64,000 bases of DNA from Lingula anatina (Eukaryota; Animalia; Brachiopoda): positions 8,122,001-8,186,000 of the forward strand of contig CM120646.1 of assembly GCA_051362555.1 (NCBI GenBank). Direction: 5' to 3'. The notes beneath the pieces are model-generated. The model was not told the DNA's origin, made no database searches, and was given only the letters and a program-made list of their open reading frames with translations. A program made the position numbers and the translations under genes. Shown here one piece after another: positions 27,814 to 40,407 of the stretch; the first letter of the stretch is position 1; every line of letters starts with the position of its first letter.

Positions 27814-30800
27814 CACTGCTGCACAAAGTTCAGTAGAAATGTTTGGCAGCTTAAAATTATGATTACAATGACTTTTGTCTTGACTTGGGGTCTCATTGGC
27901 TCTAGAACAAATTAAGCCCAAGTGCCTGAAAGACAAACCTGAGCATACCGAAATATCTAAAATACAGTCACTTATTCGATAACCACATTCTCAAAGAAAT
28001 ATATACACTTTCATATGCCAAACCTTTAAACTTGAGAGAAAAGGACACAAAATAATACAGGAGATCACCAAGCAAATAATGCATTTCAGTATACCTGGGC
28101 CTTATATCCCATCTTCTCCAATTTCTTTCCCTTCTTGAACCCTGGCATGCCTGCCTCCACCAGGAACAGACTGATGCCGTGGGCCTTGGATTTGGCCTCT
28201 GGGTTGGTGACGGCAACAACAATGACCACATCAGCCAGATAACCATTGGTGATGAACACTTTACTGCCGTTAAGGATCCAATCGTCTCCGTCCCTCTTGG
28301 CATTGGTCTTAACACCCTGTAAGTCACTGAGAGAAAGAGGACAGTTTAATGGCCTGTCAAGGTCAATGCTGAAGAGGGTCAATTTAATTGAAATCATAAT
28401 AACACAGTCTGTACCAAGTCATTTCAGCCAGATGGCACGTCAAGACATAAGGGTCTAAGGTAAATGAACAAATTTACAAAATTTTACTGAGCAGGGTTCA
28501 ACAATACAGGCAAGTGCAGTACTTCATTGCTTACTGTGGCCAGCACACACACCTCACTGAATCAAGGTTTATCCATCCCATAACCCAATCAGCTGGACTT
28601 AAAATCCTGTCCTTTGACTTTATTATGATCCCAACATCTTGCCCTTTGACCTTATCCTGATCTTACCTTCCAGCTCCTGGCTCTGTCATGGCTATGGCCC
28701 CAATCCACTTCCCTGCAGTGAGCATGGGAATGAACTTGTCAATCTGGGCCTTGGTGCCATACCTGGTGATGTAAGGCATCACGATGTCCGAGTGCAGGGA
28801 GAACCCTGGTCCTGAGCAGTTCACATAAGACCTGAGGTGAAATGACATCAGCTTTATATCATATGATGAGAACAACTGAGAATCAGAGTGGTGATATCAG
28901 CTCCTAAGCATGTACCACAAACTGGGTAAGACGCATCAAGGGAATAATAACGAATCACAATGAGTAATGAGATGCTATTTAGTAAACTTCTAAGCAACAT
29001 TAATAAGCTGTAATGCACTGCAGATATCTAGGTTTTAAAGATTGTTTAAGCTGCTAAACCTGAATGCTGACTATCTAAATTTGGTCTAGTAGCATTTTAC
29101 AAACTGTTATCCACATTATTAACATTTACTGGAGTCATAACCATTGTGATAACCCTGTATCAAAAACAAGACACATGCCCAGTAAAGCCGCTAGCAAGCT
29201 CAGCGAATGTGGAGAGATCATCAGTCATTGAAAACATCAACACCCTCCACAGATTCCATCACTGTCATATCAAATGCAGACATACTTAAATTGGGAATTT
29301 CCCATCAATGAGAGTACAAAGTAATTTCCCATGCAGTTTAAACTTCATTGTTGACATATTAAGTGAACAATCACTCTTCACTTCAAAGCCTCAACTTACT
29401 GTTCCTCCCATACAATGGCTGCTGACAGGAAGTCTCCTCCTATGCCTCCATGTTCCTCTGCAGTATTCACTCCTAGAAGTCCTGTGGTGCCAGCTGACTC
29501 CCAAGCCTTAATAAATAACAAACACAACTTAAATGACTGATTCCCAAGTATTTTTAAATAAATGCACAGAAATAAACACAATTATTAGTTTAAGTTAAAA
29601 TCCTTCCTGGTATTTTTAGAAAATACATAAGACTAATTTCTGACTTAAATGAACTGCAATTTTTAGATAAAACAATAATAATTTATTCATGATTAGTTAT
29701 AATTAGTTAACTAAGAAACTTAAATCATTTTGTTTTCTTAACGACTTACTACTACATTTACTGATCATAAAAATTACGCAAAAAATCTCCTACCTCTCTG
29801 CTTATTTCTTTGTTCTTCTCCCACCTAAAACAAAAACAGAGGTAAGCTGTTAGAGTAACCTCAGTGATATTTTAAAACATGATGGTTCTAATATTAGCTC
29901 TACCAATGCAAAGAAATTTCCAGTTTAAGCTTGAACAGAAAAAGGTACTATGCACAAGGTGTGTTCAGATTCGATAACTCACAATCCTACTTCAGTTCAA
30001 CAGAACGTCTCCACCTGTTGTGAAGTTCTACTATACAGTTTAAGCAAAGATGATATATATCTGGGAACAAGAACATTTAGATGAAAAACAAGGGCATTCA
30101 ATTACATTACTTCCAACTAGTCTAATTAGACTGCACCCACTTACTCTGAATGGTAAGGTAATATTTCTTCCTGAAAGAACCTCCTCGCTGTCTGACGGAA
30201 CATGTCATGCTCTTCTGCAAATATTCTCCTTGTTCCTATCTCCATCATGTTGTTCACCTCCCCTATTTCTTTTCTAACAGGAGCAGCACTAAATATAAAT
30301 GCGTACTAGTATATAACTGAGTCATATATATTCTGACCAGAGCTTACGCAGTATGCCCCCTTAACTTAAAATTTTTATCGGTGTTATTTCTTAAGTCAAC
30401 GTCTGTTCTATTAAATTAATTAATTTTAAAATTTCCATTTTGATTTTTCTGTTTTTACAAGACACGTCAAATAAAATGCGAACTGGGGTAATTTAAGGGG
30501 TGAACGTCGAAAATTCACAAAAATTAATTGCAAATATAGTTTATGGAAGGAGCAGAAGTACCTTGGTTTTACAAAAAGAGTCAACGCTATAGCTTCACCG
30601 GACAAAGTACACTGGTAGACGTTACTAAAGCACTTAAACTTTAACGTAACTCGAAGGTGTGGGGGATTACTAGAGTTGATTTAACAGGTTTTGTCTCGGT
30701 AAACAGTAGTATTTTCTAAGCAGTAATACTCCCTACATTACCTTTCATCCTGAAATTGAGCAGCGGTGGATTTTGCTACTCTACCATAGCGTTTAGGTAG

Positions 30801-30842
30801 AGAATTTAGCAGAGCACTACACGACTTTCGTAACGCAGCCAT
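26690..30842 (-). CDS. ACADL: Mitochondrial long-chain specific acyl-CoA dehydrogenase, 9 coding exons, 434 aa
   Basis: Exons 30842-30742, 30288-30145, 29824-29794, 29506-29400, 28831-28667, 28326-28095, 27682-27467, 27247-27120, 26870-26690; all GT-AG with consistent phases, 1305 nt. Protein: basic presequence MAALRKSCSALLNSLPKRYGR, IGTRRIFAEEHDMFR, GAIAMTEPGAGSDLQG, LNGSKVFITNG, ELPQERLLIA (LCAD-type catalytic Glu position), QMHGGWGYMWEYPIAR, VQPIYGGTNEIMKELIAR. Confidence 0.97.
27764..27811. repeat. (CA)n microsatellite in ACADL intron 6
   Basis: About 23 AC units. Confidence 0.9.
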
Positions 30843-31039
30843 TGCTCTTCCCTGGGTAAGATGAACCTGGTTTACAATGTCAAGGTTGATTTGTTCATAA
30901 ACCAGGCATGGATTTGACAGCTTTAAGACACATATTTATCAAAATATTCTAATAACCAAGAAAAGTGCCGTATCTAGATATCTCTATTTGTTATTTTTAA
31001 AACGCATTTGCGAAACTATTTCAGATGTGGCCTTTCTTG

Positions 31040-31052
31040 TGGTCAAAGTCCA
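31040..31052 (+). promoter_or_regulatory. Candidate HNF4-type DR1 nuclear-receptor element upstream of ACADL
   Basis: TGGTCA-A-AGTCCA containing the CAAAGTCCA core, ~200 bp upstream of the ACADL ATG; motif match only. Confidence 0.4.
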
Positions 31053-31444
31053 AAGTAGACTGCAAAGTGCTGCCATCTGACGAACAGAAATTTAAACCTC
31101 ACGCTTGATTCCTAGCTATCACTATCAAGAGCAAATAAGTGACCAGCCGGACTATAGAAAGATCTAGAAAGGCAGTGTTATTTTTGGGCGATTAAAAACA
31201 TGAGGATTAGCAACTTGAAGCATGCTTGCGCCCGAATAACCAAACAGCCATTATTTTGGCTGGGATAGGCCTGCGCTGTTTTTAATTGTTCGTAACTAAG
31301 GTCACGCAACGCGTCGCTGAGCCTCAGTTATTTTCTAATGTGCTAGATGTTAATAACGCAGGTTCTCATGCTCGTTACAATATTTAGTATATTGTTTAAA
31401 CAATAATAAAGAATGATCTATGAAGTATCAATTGGGTTAGAAAA

Positions 31445-31675
31445 AAATGGCACCGAAAAGAGGGACAACGGTGCCATTTGCTACGGTCTAGAACTATGAT
31501 TGAGCTAGTCAAAATTCTAATATCAAGAGAGTATTGGTGAGATTTATTTTTCAGAAACCGAAGGGGGGGATAAAAATCTCCATTTGCTACGGTCTATGAT
31601 TGAACTATGATTGAGCTAGTCAAAATTCTAATATCAAGAGAGTTTTGGTGTGATTTATCCCCGACACCCCCTTAA
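31445..31675 (+). mobile_element. Internal fragment (locally duplicated) of the CAGGGGCGGATCCAG MITE family
   Basis: CCATTTGCTACGGTCTA..GAACTATGATTGAGCTAGTCAAAATTCTAATATCAAGAGAG occurs twice (~31475, ~31581); same block at ~36309 and inverted at ~33228 and ~52318. Confidence 0.65.
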
Positions 31676-33168
31676 ACCAAGATATGAAGTTGCCTCGTAC
31701 ACAATTTTTTCAGTGCACTTCTTTTGTTTACGTACTAAAAGAGTAGAATGTCAAGATTCGCTTACCGCCCCCGGTTCCTCTGTTTGAACCCCTTTGACTT
31801 ATCTGCTGACAAACCGACTTTTCTCGACCTGAACTCAAAACAACGGAAGATTTTTTTACCTAATCTGGGTTATAGAAACAAGTTAAAGATGTTTCCCAAT
31901 GATAGATTAGTTGAAAAAAATTAAAGAGAGAAAAAAAGCTTCATTTTTAGTGTCACTTGCGGTATGGAAAATTGATATATTGCACGTAGAATATTAAATG
32001 AAAAAAGTATGCCAGGAAATCTATAACATTATAATGTGCGCCTTCGGATAAAAAAATCGTAGTATATGCTTAATGAGGCAAAACAAATATGTTGTTGTTA
32101 ATGCTGAATTACTTTTGATTTTACTTAAAAAAAGAATAAAATAAATTAGATAAAAAGTATGTTTTCAAGTAAATATTCGATCAAATATTAATTCTAATAC
32201 GGCGTAGCAATAACCATTTTATATATAATGAAAATATAATATTTTACCAATCCGATGAAATACAGCATAAAATATTGAACGAACAACTTCAATAAATTAA
32301 ACCAAGAATTTCAAGATTTTCATTAAACCGGCCCGACTTATTCCATTATTAGTTTATTAATTTTCACACGTTATTGAAATCTGGAGTTTTTATACTTATG
32401 AAGTACTAACAATATATCGCAGATTAAAGCTCGAAAGATTGTTAACGCATTGCATAAAATTGTTTTCAATTTTAATTTGGCAGTTTTAAGTATGTAGTTT
32501 ATTTAAAAAGATCAGTTTTCACGTACGCTCCTGTCAATATACAGCGACGGGTTAGGGTAGGGTGGGGCAAAAAGCCCAGTCGGGGCAAAAAGACAATTTG
32601 CGATTTTTCTTTAATAATGCGAGATTTTAATCCACATGGCATTACGCCATATACCGCATAGCAGACGAAGTGTGTTCATGTAACCAAGGCCCAGTCTCAC
32701 CAATAGCTATGTATTTTACGAACACCTTTGTACTTTTGCCCCCATTTCTCTTAATTTCACCCTCACTTTATATCTGTGGCTCTGCGGGTAAGATGGATTA
32801 AATTTAAAATTATCGCTTTTGCCAGTTACCTAGCAATCTTGTCTCGACATGTTAACACTAACAGTTGTTTATCTCCGAACCTTTCCGATTTTTTTTGGAA
32901 AATAAAACAAATGTATCAGTTCGGGGCAAAGGGCCTACCACAGAAAGGGGCAAAACGCCATGGGGGGCGTCTTGCCCCGCGTGATGGGCGTTTTGCCCCA
33001 CTCTACCCACCTACCTTACTTTTAATTTATAAACTGAGGGAATGATAACATAAAAGGTGTTATAAAAAAACAAGTTACATGTCACAGTTCATAACCACTA
33101 ACTGAAAACCTACTGTGTCAGTGATTGGGGACAAACGACTCTCTATACACCAAGAAAGATGTTTTTAA

Positions 33169-33245
33169 CAGTGGCGGATTTAGAGGGGGGGGGGGTCTGA
33201 CCCCCCCCCCCCCCCCCCCCCTCTTTTAATTTTGACTAGCTGACT
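33169..33245 (-). mobile_element. Terminal fragment of the CAGTGGCGGATTTAG/CAGGGGCGGATCCAG MITE family
   Basis: CAGTGGCGGATTTAGAGG is the exact reverse complement of 36401-36418; AATTTTGACTAGCT matches 36309-36322 inverted. Confidence 0.7.
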
Positions 33246-33480
33246 CAAAAACAGACTATCAAATGGTTCGGTCACCTGGCACGAATGCCCCCACATCTAC
33301 TGGGGAACAAAGTGCATGTAAAGAAACACTCCGGTTTTAAGGCAAGGGGAAGACCGAGAAAGAAGTGGGTACATGTAGATGGAGTACCGAGAGATTTTCT
33401 AACAACATCCCACTCAACCAAGCATTCCAGCTAGTCAGGGAAGGAAAACTCAAACTCTTTCTCCCCTTGACACCGTAAAG

Positions 33481-33482
<2 letters not shown>

Positions 33483-33532
<50 letters not shown>
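33483..33532. repeat. (TA)n microsatellite
   Basis: About 25 TA units. Confidence 0.9.
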
Positions 33533-33534
<2 letters not shown>

Positions 33535-34993
33535 AAGGATGACAAAAGAAAGAAAGAAAGAATACTCGTAGTTCAAATACCAACAACCTGTATCAGCCCC
33601 TGTGTTTTTAAGATAGGCTATACCTCGTTATTAAAAAGTAGTTTAGGTTTGGCAAATGGCACAATGCTAACAATAAAGTTAAAATGATAGGAAGTGTTTT
33701 GCGTATTATGTTGAATGATATTAAGTAATATTAAGAAAAATCATAAATCGTTAATTATTTTCTTGAGTCTGCACTACTCTCCATCTCCAGAAGCAGTTCT
33801 TGTGTTTTAAAATTGTAATGTGTAACATTTCAAAAGTGGTTTTTCTCAACTTACAGCTTGGTATGGATTTGTAAATTGTTTTTATTGCTCTGAAATATAG
33901 GTGTAAGTTGCGTTTGTTGCATTTTCATTAGTGAGTAAATCCAGTTTTCATAGCTTAAGTTGTATGAGAAGTAAATAACAATCCTATCCTCTCGGTGAAA
34001 GAGCTTACATACCCATAATAAAAAAACAACAGAAAATGAAATAAAATGTTATAATTCAAAGAAGAAATAACTGAAATTAGGAAAAAACATTCTTGGTTCA
34101 TTCAAAACAAGGGATATTGTTGGATTTGGGGTAAAACGCCCACCATGGGCGTTTTGCCCTGTGACAAAAGGCTTTTTGCCCCACCCATGGGGCAAAAAGG
34201 CCAAAAAATTTTTTTCCTAATTTTAACCATTGTGTCTTTTCTTTTGCAACTATTTAAAAATGCATGTTCCAGACTGAACCCCATATCAGAACGACAATAT
34301 CGGTGCCAATTTGGATGGAATATCTTTTTGACAATGGAAACTAGAGGGATTCTTCCTTAAGGGGTGCGTTTTGCCCCGCTCTCCCCTACTTATTGTCCCG
34401 GTCCTTTATAAGGAACGGACAAAACTGGTACTTTTTAATTTTACCTGGCCACCAACATCATAATCTTTTTTTCTCTGCGTAGCTCATGAGAAAAAGGCAA
34501 AGTTATACTTTTTTCGTTTTTTAAAAATGGTCCAAAAATATTCATCGGGTGTAAAAGAACATGAATGTGATTAAAGTAAAATGTTCAGTTCGTACGTATA
34601 CGAAGTAACGATTTCGTACGAGCACCAAAGAAAGGGTCATGTATAGTCATTTTACATCATATCCAGAAAAAGAATGACAACAGATTTTTAGTACAATTAA
34701 AAACACCTGTGTAAGAACCCGGGACTCTTTCACGTTGTTAAATTTCAGTCTCTCGGTTGAAATAAAGAACCCGACGTTTTTTAACGAGCCGCAAAAAAGG
34801 AAAATAAAATGCCCCCTACCTCCAGAATGTTATGACATATATTGTTTCAGACAGGTATGAATCAAATTCAAACAGGCTAATTCAGCTTTGATGGAAGCTG
34901 TCAAGCGCACACGACTATGAATGACAGTTTTTTTTTTAACAAACGTCAAACACAATTACAACACTCTTCTCTCCGAACATGTAAAACTCCAAT

Positions 34994-35250
34994 ATCCTTT
35001 GATTGACAAGATGCCAATCAAACTTATTAGTTTTGATAGTCGCTGTCAAGTAATAACAGCTTGATTGGCAGGTTATATAAACAAACGTCAATTACAATCA
35101 TAACACAGTGGATCACTTTAGTCGTTGAACGTTTAGTTCAAGCTTCCTACATCCTTTGATTGACAAGGTGCCAATCAAATTCAGTTAGTTTTGATACTTG
35201 CTGTCAAGTAATAACAGCTTGATTGGCAGGTTATATAAACAAACGTCAAT
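34994..35250. repeat. Direct repeat, two ~100-bp near-identical copies about 156 bp apart
   Basis: ATCCTTTGATTGACAAG.TGCCAATCAAA...GCTGTCAAGTAATAACAGCTTGATTGGCAGGTTATATAAACAAACGTCAAT at 34994 and 35150. Confidence 0.85.
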
Positions 35251-35493
35251 CATCGCGCACTGTGATTTCTCTCGCTGTGAAACAATGATTACGCCGAAAG
35301 AGAGTGCTAAAATCTGAAGTCAGTAATTAACTTGCAAAATATTTCAAAAGAATATATAAAATATAATGCAATTTATGTTTCCAAAACTAATTTTCTTTCT
35401 GAACCCTTCTAATGCGACACTCTATATTACAAACTATTTTGTAAAAAGAGAATTTAGCCAAAGAAACCAATTTAAAAACTAGTAAAGAAATAT

Positions 35494-35709
35494 GACCCCA
35501 TTCCCAGAGATTAGATCGATCTACTTTTAGATCGACCTAACTCCTTGGGGGTTCACACTAAATAGCTGTCAGCCGAGCGGGCACGAAAGTTAATTACCCC
35601 CTTACAGCTTGTAGTAGACGGGACGGACATTTAAGCCGGATTATCTGACAGTAATCTAGTGAGACTCCCCGCGGGGATAGATCGATCTAAAAGCTCTGGG
35701 AATACGCCC
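35494..35709 (-). mobile_element. PIF/Harbinger-type MITE, copy 1
   Basis: Imperfect TIRs (..CCATTCCCAGAG / CTCTGGGAATACG..), TAT on both flanks; inverted homolog of 52972-53185 over its full length. Confidence 0.8.
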
Positions 35710-36131
35710 TATGACATTTGACGTTATTCTGGAGGTAGCGCATGGGTCATTTCAAAATTAGTACAACTATGTGCCCCAGTATGTGCGTGGAAGAAGGAAG
35801 AATAAATGTATTTGAATTATGTGTGGAATATTGACAGGTTCTTTTACTATTAAAGTCTACTTTCTGCAAAATAATAAATAAATAGAATGATACTAATTCA
35901 TCTTCATTAAAGGTGACATTGGTGTTGTGATTGAGGTAAGTGATAATTAGTGGATGGGAAACAAAATATAACTGTAAACAAAAATATTACAAACCGCTAC
36001 TTCGCTTTTGTAACTATTTTTTTTAGTTATTTTACTGCAGTAAAGAGTGGATAAAATAGTTCAAAACGAAGCCCTCATAGTGCTGTTGTTTTTGCGACTT
36101 CAGCTGCTGGGGTTAGGTGAAGGGGCGAGGG

Positions 36132-36418
36132 CAGGGGCGGATCCAGGATTATTAGAAGGGGGTCAGGAACTACAGGCCTCGGATGCGAAGCCGACCATCG
36201 CCCCCTTGGTGTGGGGTTTGGGGCCTGCTCAACGACCCCGAAAAAAAAGTGGTGCTTTGGAGAGCAAACAGTGCCCTTTGGTACGGGTTAAAACTACATG
36301 TATTATTTAGCTAGTCAAAATTCTAATTTCAAAAGGGGAATATTGGTGTGATATATTTTTCAGAAACCGACGGGGGGTCAGGACCCCCCTGACCCCCCCT
36401 CCTCTAAATCCGCCACTG
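36132..36418 (+). mobile_element. MITE, CAGGGGCGGATCCAG...CTAAATCCGCCACTG family
   Basis: Imperfect 15-bp TIRs, G/C homopolymer subterminal tracts, internal block shared with ~31500, ~33230, ~52320; no clean TSD seen. Confidence 0.75.
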
Positions 36419-38489
36419 CATGTAATCTATAAACCGTAGTACTGAAAGATTAAAAGAAGGGAACGATGTTTAATAGATGATAACTTAATACCGCCATCAT
36501 GTGTTAGCAAGTTAGAATATTAAGTTCATCCACTTCAATGTATACATTAATTAAAAATTGATGTTTTCTGTTTGTAAAGTAACCAGTGACAGGGCGTGTA
36601 GATAGCGTCTGGTACTTAGTGTTACACAGCCTGGACAGCCTGGGGTACCCTCTACCAGGGCCGCAGTTATTATTCAGTGGACATTTGAGGGACAGTACAG
36701 AGATTAGCCATCTATTTAACCAGAGACATATCTGTAAATATCTTGTGAAAAATCAATCCGTGGCCCTGCTAGAGGTAAAGCCTTGGGTAAGTTTTTGTAA
36801 AGACTTGTTTGCTTCAAGTTCCCCCTTTTCCCCACCCACGCAGGAGTGGGGAGGAGACCCCACTCCCCCCCCCCCCCCCACACACACACACACGCCAGCC
36901 CACCCGTCGCATACATGGCTACTCTCCCGGTCTCCCGGATACAAAACGAATCTCCCGGTCTCACGTACAGGTAACCAAATCTCCTGGATAAAAGCGACTT
37001 AAAATATATTACACACATATGTATTAAAATCGATTTGTCTTCAGAATAGTTCGGTGATCTCTTGCAAACTACATAATTCTATTCTAATTTTTTTCCTTTT
37101 TGGGGGGGGGGATGAGAGTGGTCGGACAACTTCGTTTGCAGCGTCATTCAGATTGTGCTTACACCGGTATCTTTACAGAGATGAACAATCACTTCCGGAT
37201 AGTTTATTACCCAAGGCAATCTAATTTGCATATAACAGAAAATTCAGTTTTTTTTTTTTTTTGTTTTGTTTTGATTTTGAGTTGAGTGCACATTTCCCGT
37301 AATCCTCAAAATTAATGCCCCTAATGCTTTAAAAATTTGAAAGATTTGATCGACATGCGCTGTTTATTAATCACATCACTGTAAAAAAAACCTTCATACC
37401 ACAGACGTGAATCAAGTTTCCACGCCCAAGTCATAAAATTGTCAAAAAGCGCAGATAACTGCACTTGCTCAATTGCCTGTATAAAAATCCCATATGATTA
37501 TAGATTTTTGTGTATGGAAGCATTTTGGGGAAACATACAAAAGAAAATTATCAAAATGCCAACGAAATATTTGGGACTCTTGGAACCACTAAGGAGCAGA
37601 GTATTTTGAAAACTTTTTTGAAGGGCGAAAAGCTGATGAACTTTTCCAGTTTTACGACTTAAAACTTTGCAGACACCTTGGCAGAATCTTAATTTCACCT
37701 GTCTCTCCCCAAAATGTTGCAGACCGCGTTAACTGTTTCGCTGTAGAGAAACGTGGAATATGAACCAGCAAACGATAGTGTTTTAAAAAAGGACAAGGAG
37801 CACGATTAGGTGGATGAAGGGGGGGGAGCGTGAATATATACATATGGGAATAAGTCATAAAATTTAATATTCTAACAGTCGAAATTGTTTTTAAACTACC
37901 GCCAAAAAAGTATTTGTTTGAATGGTCCCTTGAATATATTTTTATGCTATTTTACTTATATATTATACAGGTATTACTGCTAATCAACTGAAAAAAGCTA
38001 AAGAATAACGAGGTAAATATCCATGGAGTCTTGAAGAAGGAATTCTCCACCCCACCCAAGCCCCATCCTCTGCCCCTTTCTATGAGTTTTACTGTCATTG
38101 AAATCAAAGAGATAGTGTCTATTTCTTAGTTCAAATAGACCGCGTCAATACTCAAGAGTGCACAGTATCATACAGTGAAAACGAATTCATGCCCGGTATG
38201 TGTATTGTGGATGTATATGCAAGGAAGGCAGATAATGTTGTAAATCACTGTCCAGTCATTTAGAAGAAAATTATGAAATCAAAGATCGGCTGAAATATCG
38301 CATCCTAATATATTATATACAGGCAGGGACGGGCCGAGCACTGGCTCTTCTAGCTTACCTTTGCATGACACAAATTTAAAGATAAACTGTTATTTTTAAA
38401 TATTAAAATACCTCCCGTCTTTCTTTTGAGGATAACAATTCTTTGTATTAGATTAATATTTCACAAAAAAATGCATTGTTAACAACTTA

Positions 38490-38720
38490 GGGGAGACCGG
38501 GGCTAGTTGGCCCAGTTAGACACTTTTGGCCTTGTAGAGCAAACTAGGAATGAGTTAGAGTAACAAAACCGATTTCAAAGTAAGTCCCATGAACTAAGCT
38601 ACGTATGCAACGTCATTATTTTTCAAACATAATGCAAGATAGCTCACAATTTGACCAAAAAAAAAAACGCAGTTGACGTCAGGGGGGGGGGGGCAACTTG
38701 CCCGGCCACGGGGGTCGGCT
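38490..38720 (+). mobile_element. Left-end fragment of a pogo-like element
   Basis: TA-GGGGAGACCGGGGCTAGTTGGCC terminus resembling the 32555/34386 termini, with internal GGGGCAACTTGCCC; no matching right end found. Confidence 0.45.
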
Positions 38721-39527
38721 TCGCATCATGATCCGTCCTCCTCCAGATTTTATATCATACCCGGACTCCACGTTTTGATACAGCCATGACGACAATCCGC
38801 TGTCTGGACTGCATTCTACTATTCGTAGAACACACACAGATCTCAACACATAGATCGATCGTAATTCATTAGACCTGATTTAGCGAGAAAATCCCGAGGT
38901 TTTGGCACAGCGACTTCATGGCTTAGTGGTGCATAGACCGACGCACAGCGAGAGAAATGAAAAGGAAAAACCAGATAACACAGAATTTTATCATTATCAT
39001 ATTCTATTAATCTATAGTTTTGTTTTCACTGAAAAGTTTAATTTGGAAAATCCATTGGACGCACCAGAGGTGTGTTTAACTAAAATACTTTAAAATTGAA
39101 TGTGGGCCAATCTTAATCTTTTCCAAATGAATAATATATAATAATAAACATTTCAGAGCGAAATAGACCTTAGCACCGTGGAACAGTCGTGTGATAAAAA
39201 AATGTACGTGTACTGTTCTATGTTAACTGACTAAAAAGCCACCGAAAACAAAACGCTCTCCTCAGATGGCTAGCTATCTTTTAGTATTAATGTTGATGAC
39301 GGTTTTGACATTAAATGCAAGATGCGTTTCTTATCTCTATTGGGGTTTCAAAATTAAATACTAGCACACTGAATATTTTGTTTGGGATTAACTATCTGCT
39401 TTGAAAATGAGAGTCACAGGATTCTACGTTCAAAATCTACTGTTCGCTGGACCCTGAGTTTTAAATCTTAGCGTCCTGAGGCTCCTAGTTTAAAAGTACT
39501 GTCCGTCGAACTGTTAGTTTTAGAAAC

Positions 39528-40407
39528 CTCCGGGCGGACACTGACCTGACTGGACTCTCTGTCACGTCACACCGGTATTCCGTTTCACAACGGTTGTACG
39601 TTTTTAGACTATAAATTTAAATTAATCACAACAGGCATCATACAAGCCTTTTTGTGTCCCATTAAAAATCCCAATACTTTCTTCTGACTCTTAATATGTA
39701 CGGATTCCATGGGACTTGTTTTACCGTTTCTGTTCCACCAGTTTGAGAAGAGGTCATATACGGACAGCCCTGGGTTCATTCCAGAATGTGTTTTTTAATT
39801 ACTTCGTGGCATGTACGATCGGGGAAATACCGTGTATGAGGGTTTATGAAGAGAGCCGCGTTCTAATCACTCGCTATTGGAAATCTCCAATGCATTATGT
39901 CGCGCATAAAAAAGCGCACTGGGTGATCAACAAGAAACAAGACGGAGGCGATCTCCAACTCATGGGCTCTTGTTGATGTGGAATACTCGAAATAAACTAT
40001 TATCCCAATTAAGGTGATGGTTACAACAGCATGTCCTACCGTGACTCTAACTATTCTTGTTCACCACCTCTCAATCCACGCTACTCGAGTGTATACCTCA
40101 CAACTTATGCAAGGCCGCCGACGTGTTTCGGTAATTTCTTGCTCAGCGGCAAATATTCGTATCTTCCAAGAACAGCGGGAGATGTATAAATGACCAACAA
40201 ACGCTGATCTGCGTCACTTGTGTACGACTGCACAGAGATTATGTATTCAAAAAGATGATGATCATCCGTATAAGTTTATGCGCGCTGATATTTGTTCAGC
40301 TTGCCCATGAAAATGGTCAGATTGCTGGACTAGCCCAAAAGTCGCCCAATGTAGAGAAGTGGACGCTTTCAGGATAGAGAGATAGAGTGCAAGAGAAAAC
40401 CACTAAA
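39528..40407 (+). pseudogene. Truncated duplicate of the upstream region and first ~55 codons of the SMB-domain gene
   Basis: Colinear with 44745-45620; encodes MMIIRISLCALIFVQLAHENGQIAGLAQKSPNVEKWTLSG* (40255-40377) versus MINRISLCTLILVQLAHENGRLAGLAQTSPNVEMWTLAGF; a deletion creates TAG and homology stops at ~40407. Confidence 0.85.

Larger units (their letters stand above)
32555..34386. mobile_element. Non-autonomous pogo/Tc1-mariner-like element with internal TIR-motif copies
   Basis: Left GGGTAGGGTGGGGCAAAAAGCCC after TA; right GTGCGTTTTGCCCCGCTCTCCCC before TA; GGGGCAAAA/TTTTGCCCC motifs repeated at ~32582, 32922-33008, 34128-34200. Could alternatively be two elements (32555-33008 plus a right-end fragment). 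Confidence 0.6.

Noticed and set aside
33169-36418. Perfect 18-bp inverted pair suggesting a 3.2-kb composite transposon
   Set aside because: Flanks (TTTAA versus CATGT) give no TSD; each end is better explained as a separate copy of one MITE family in opposite orientation
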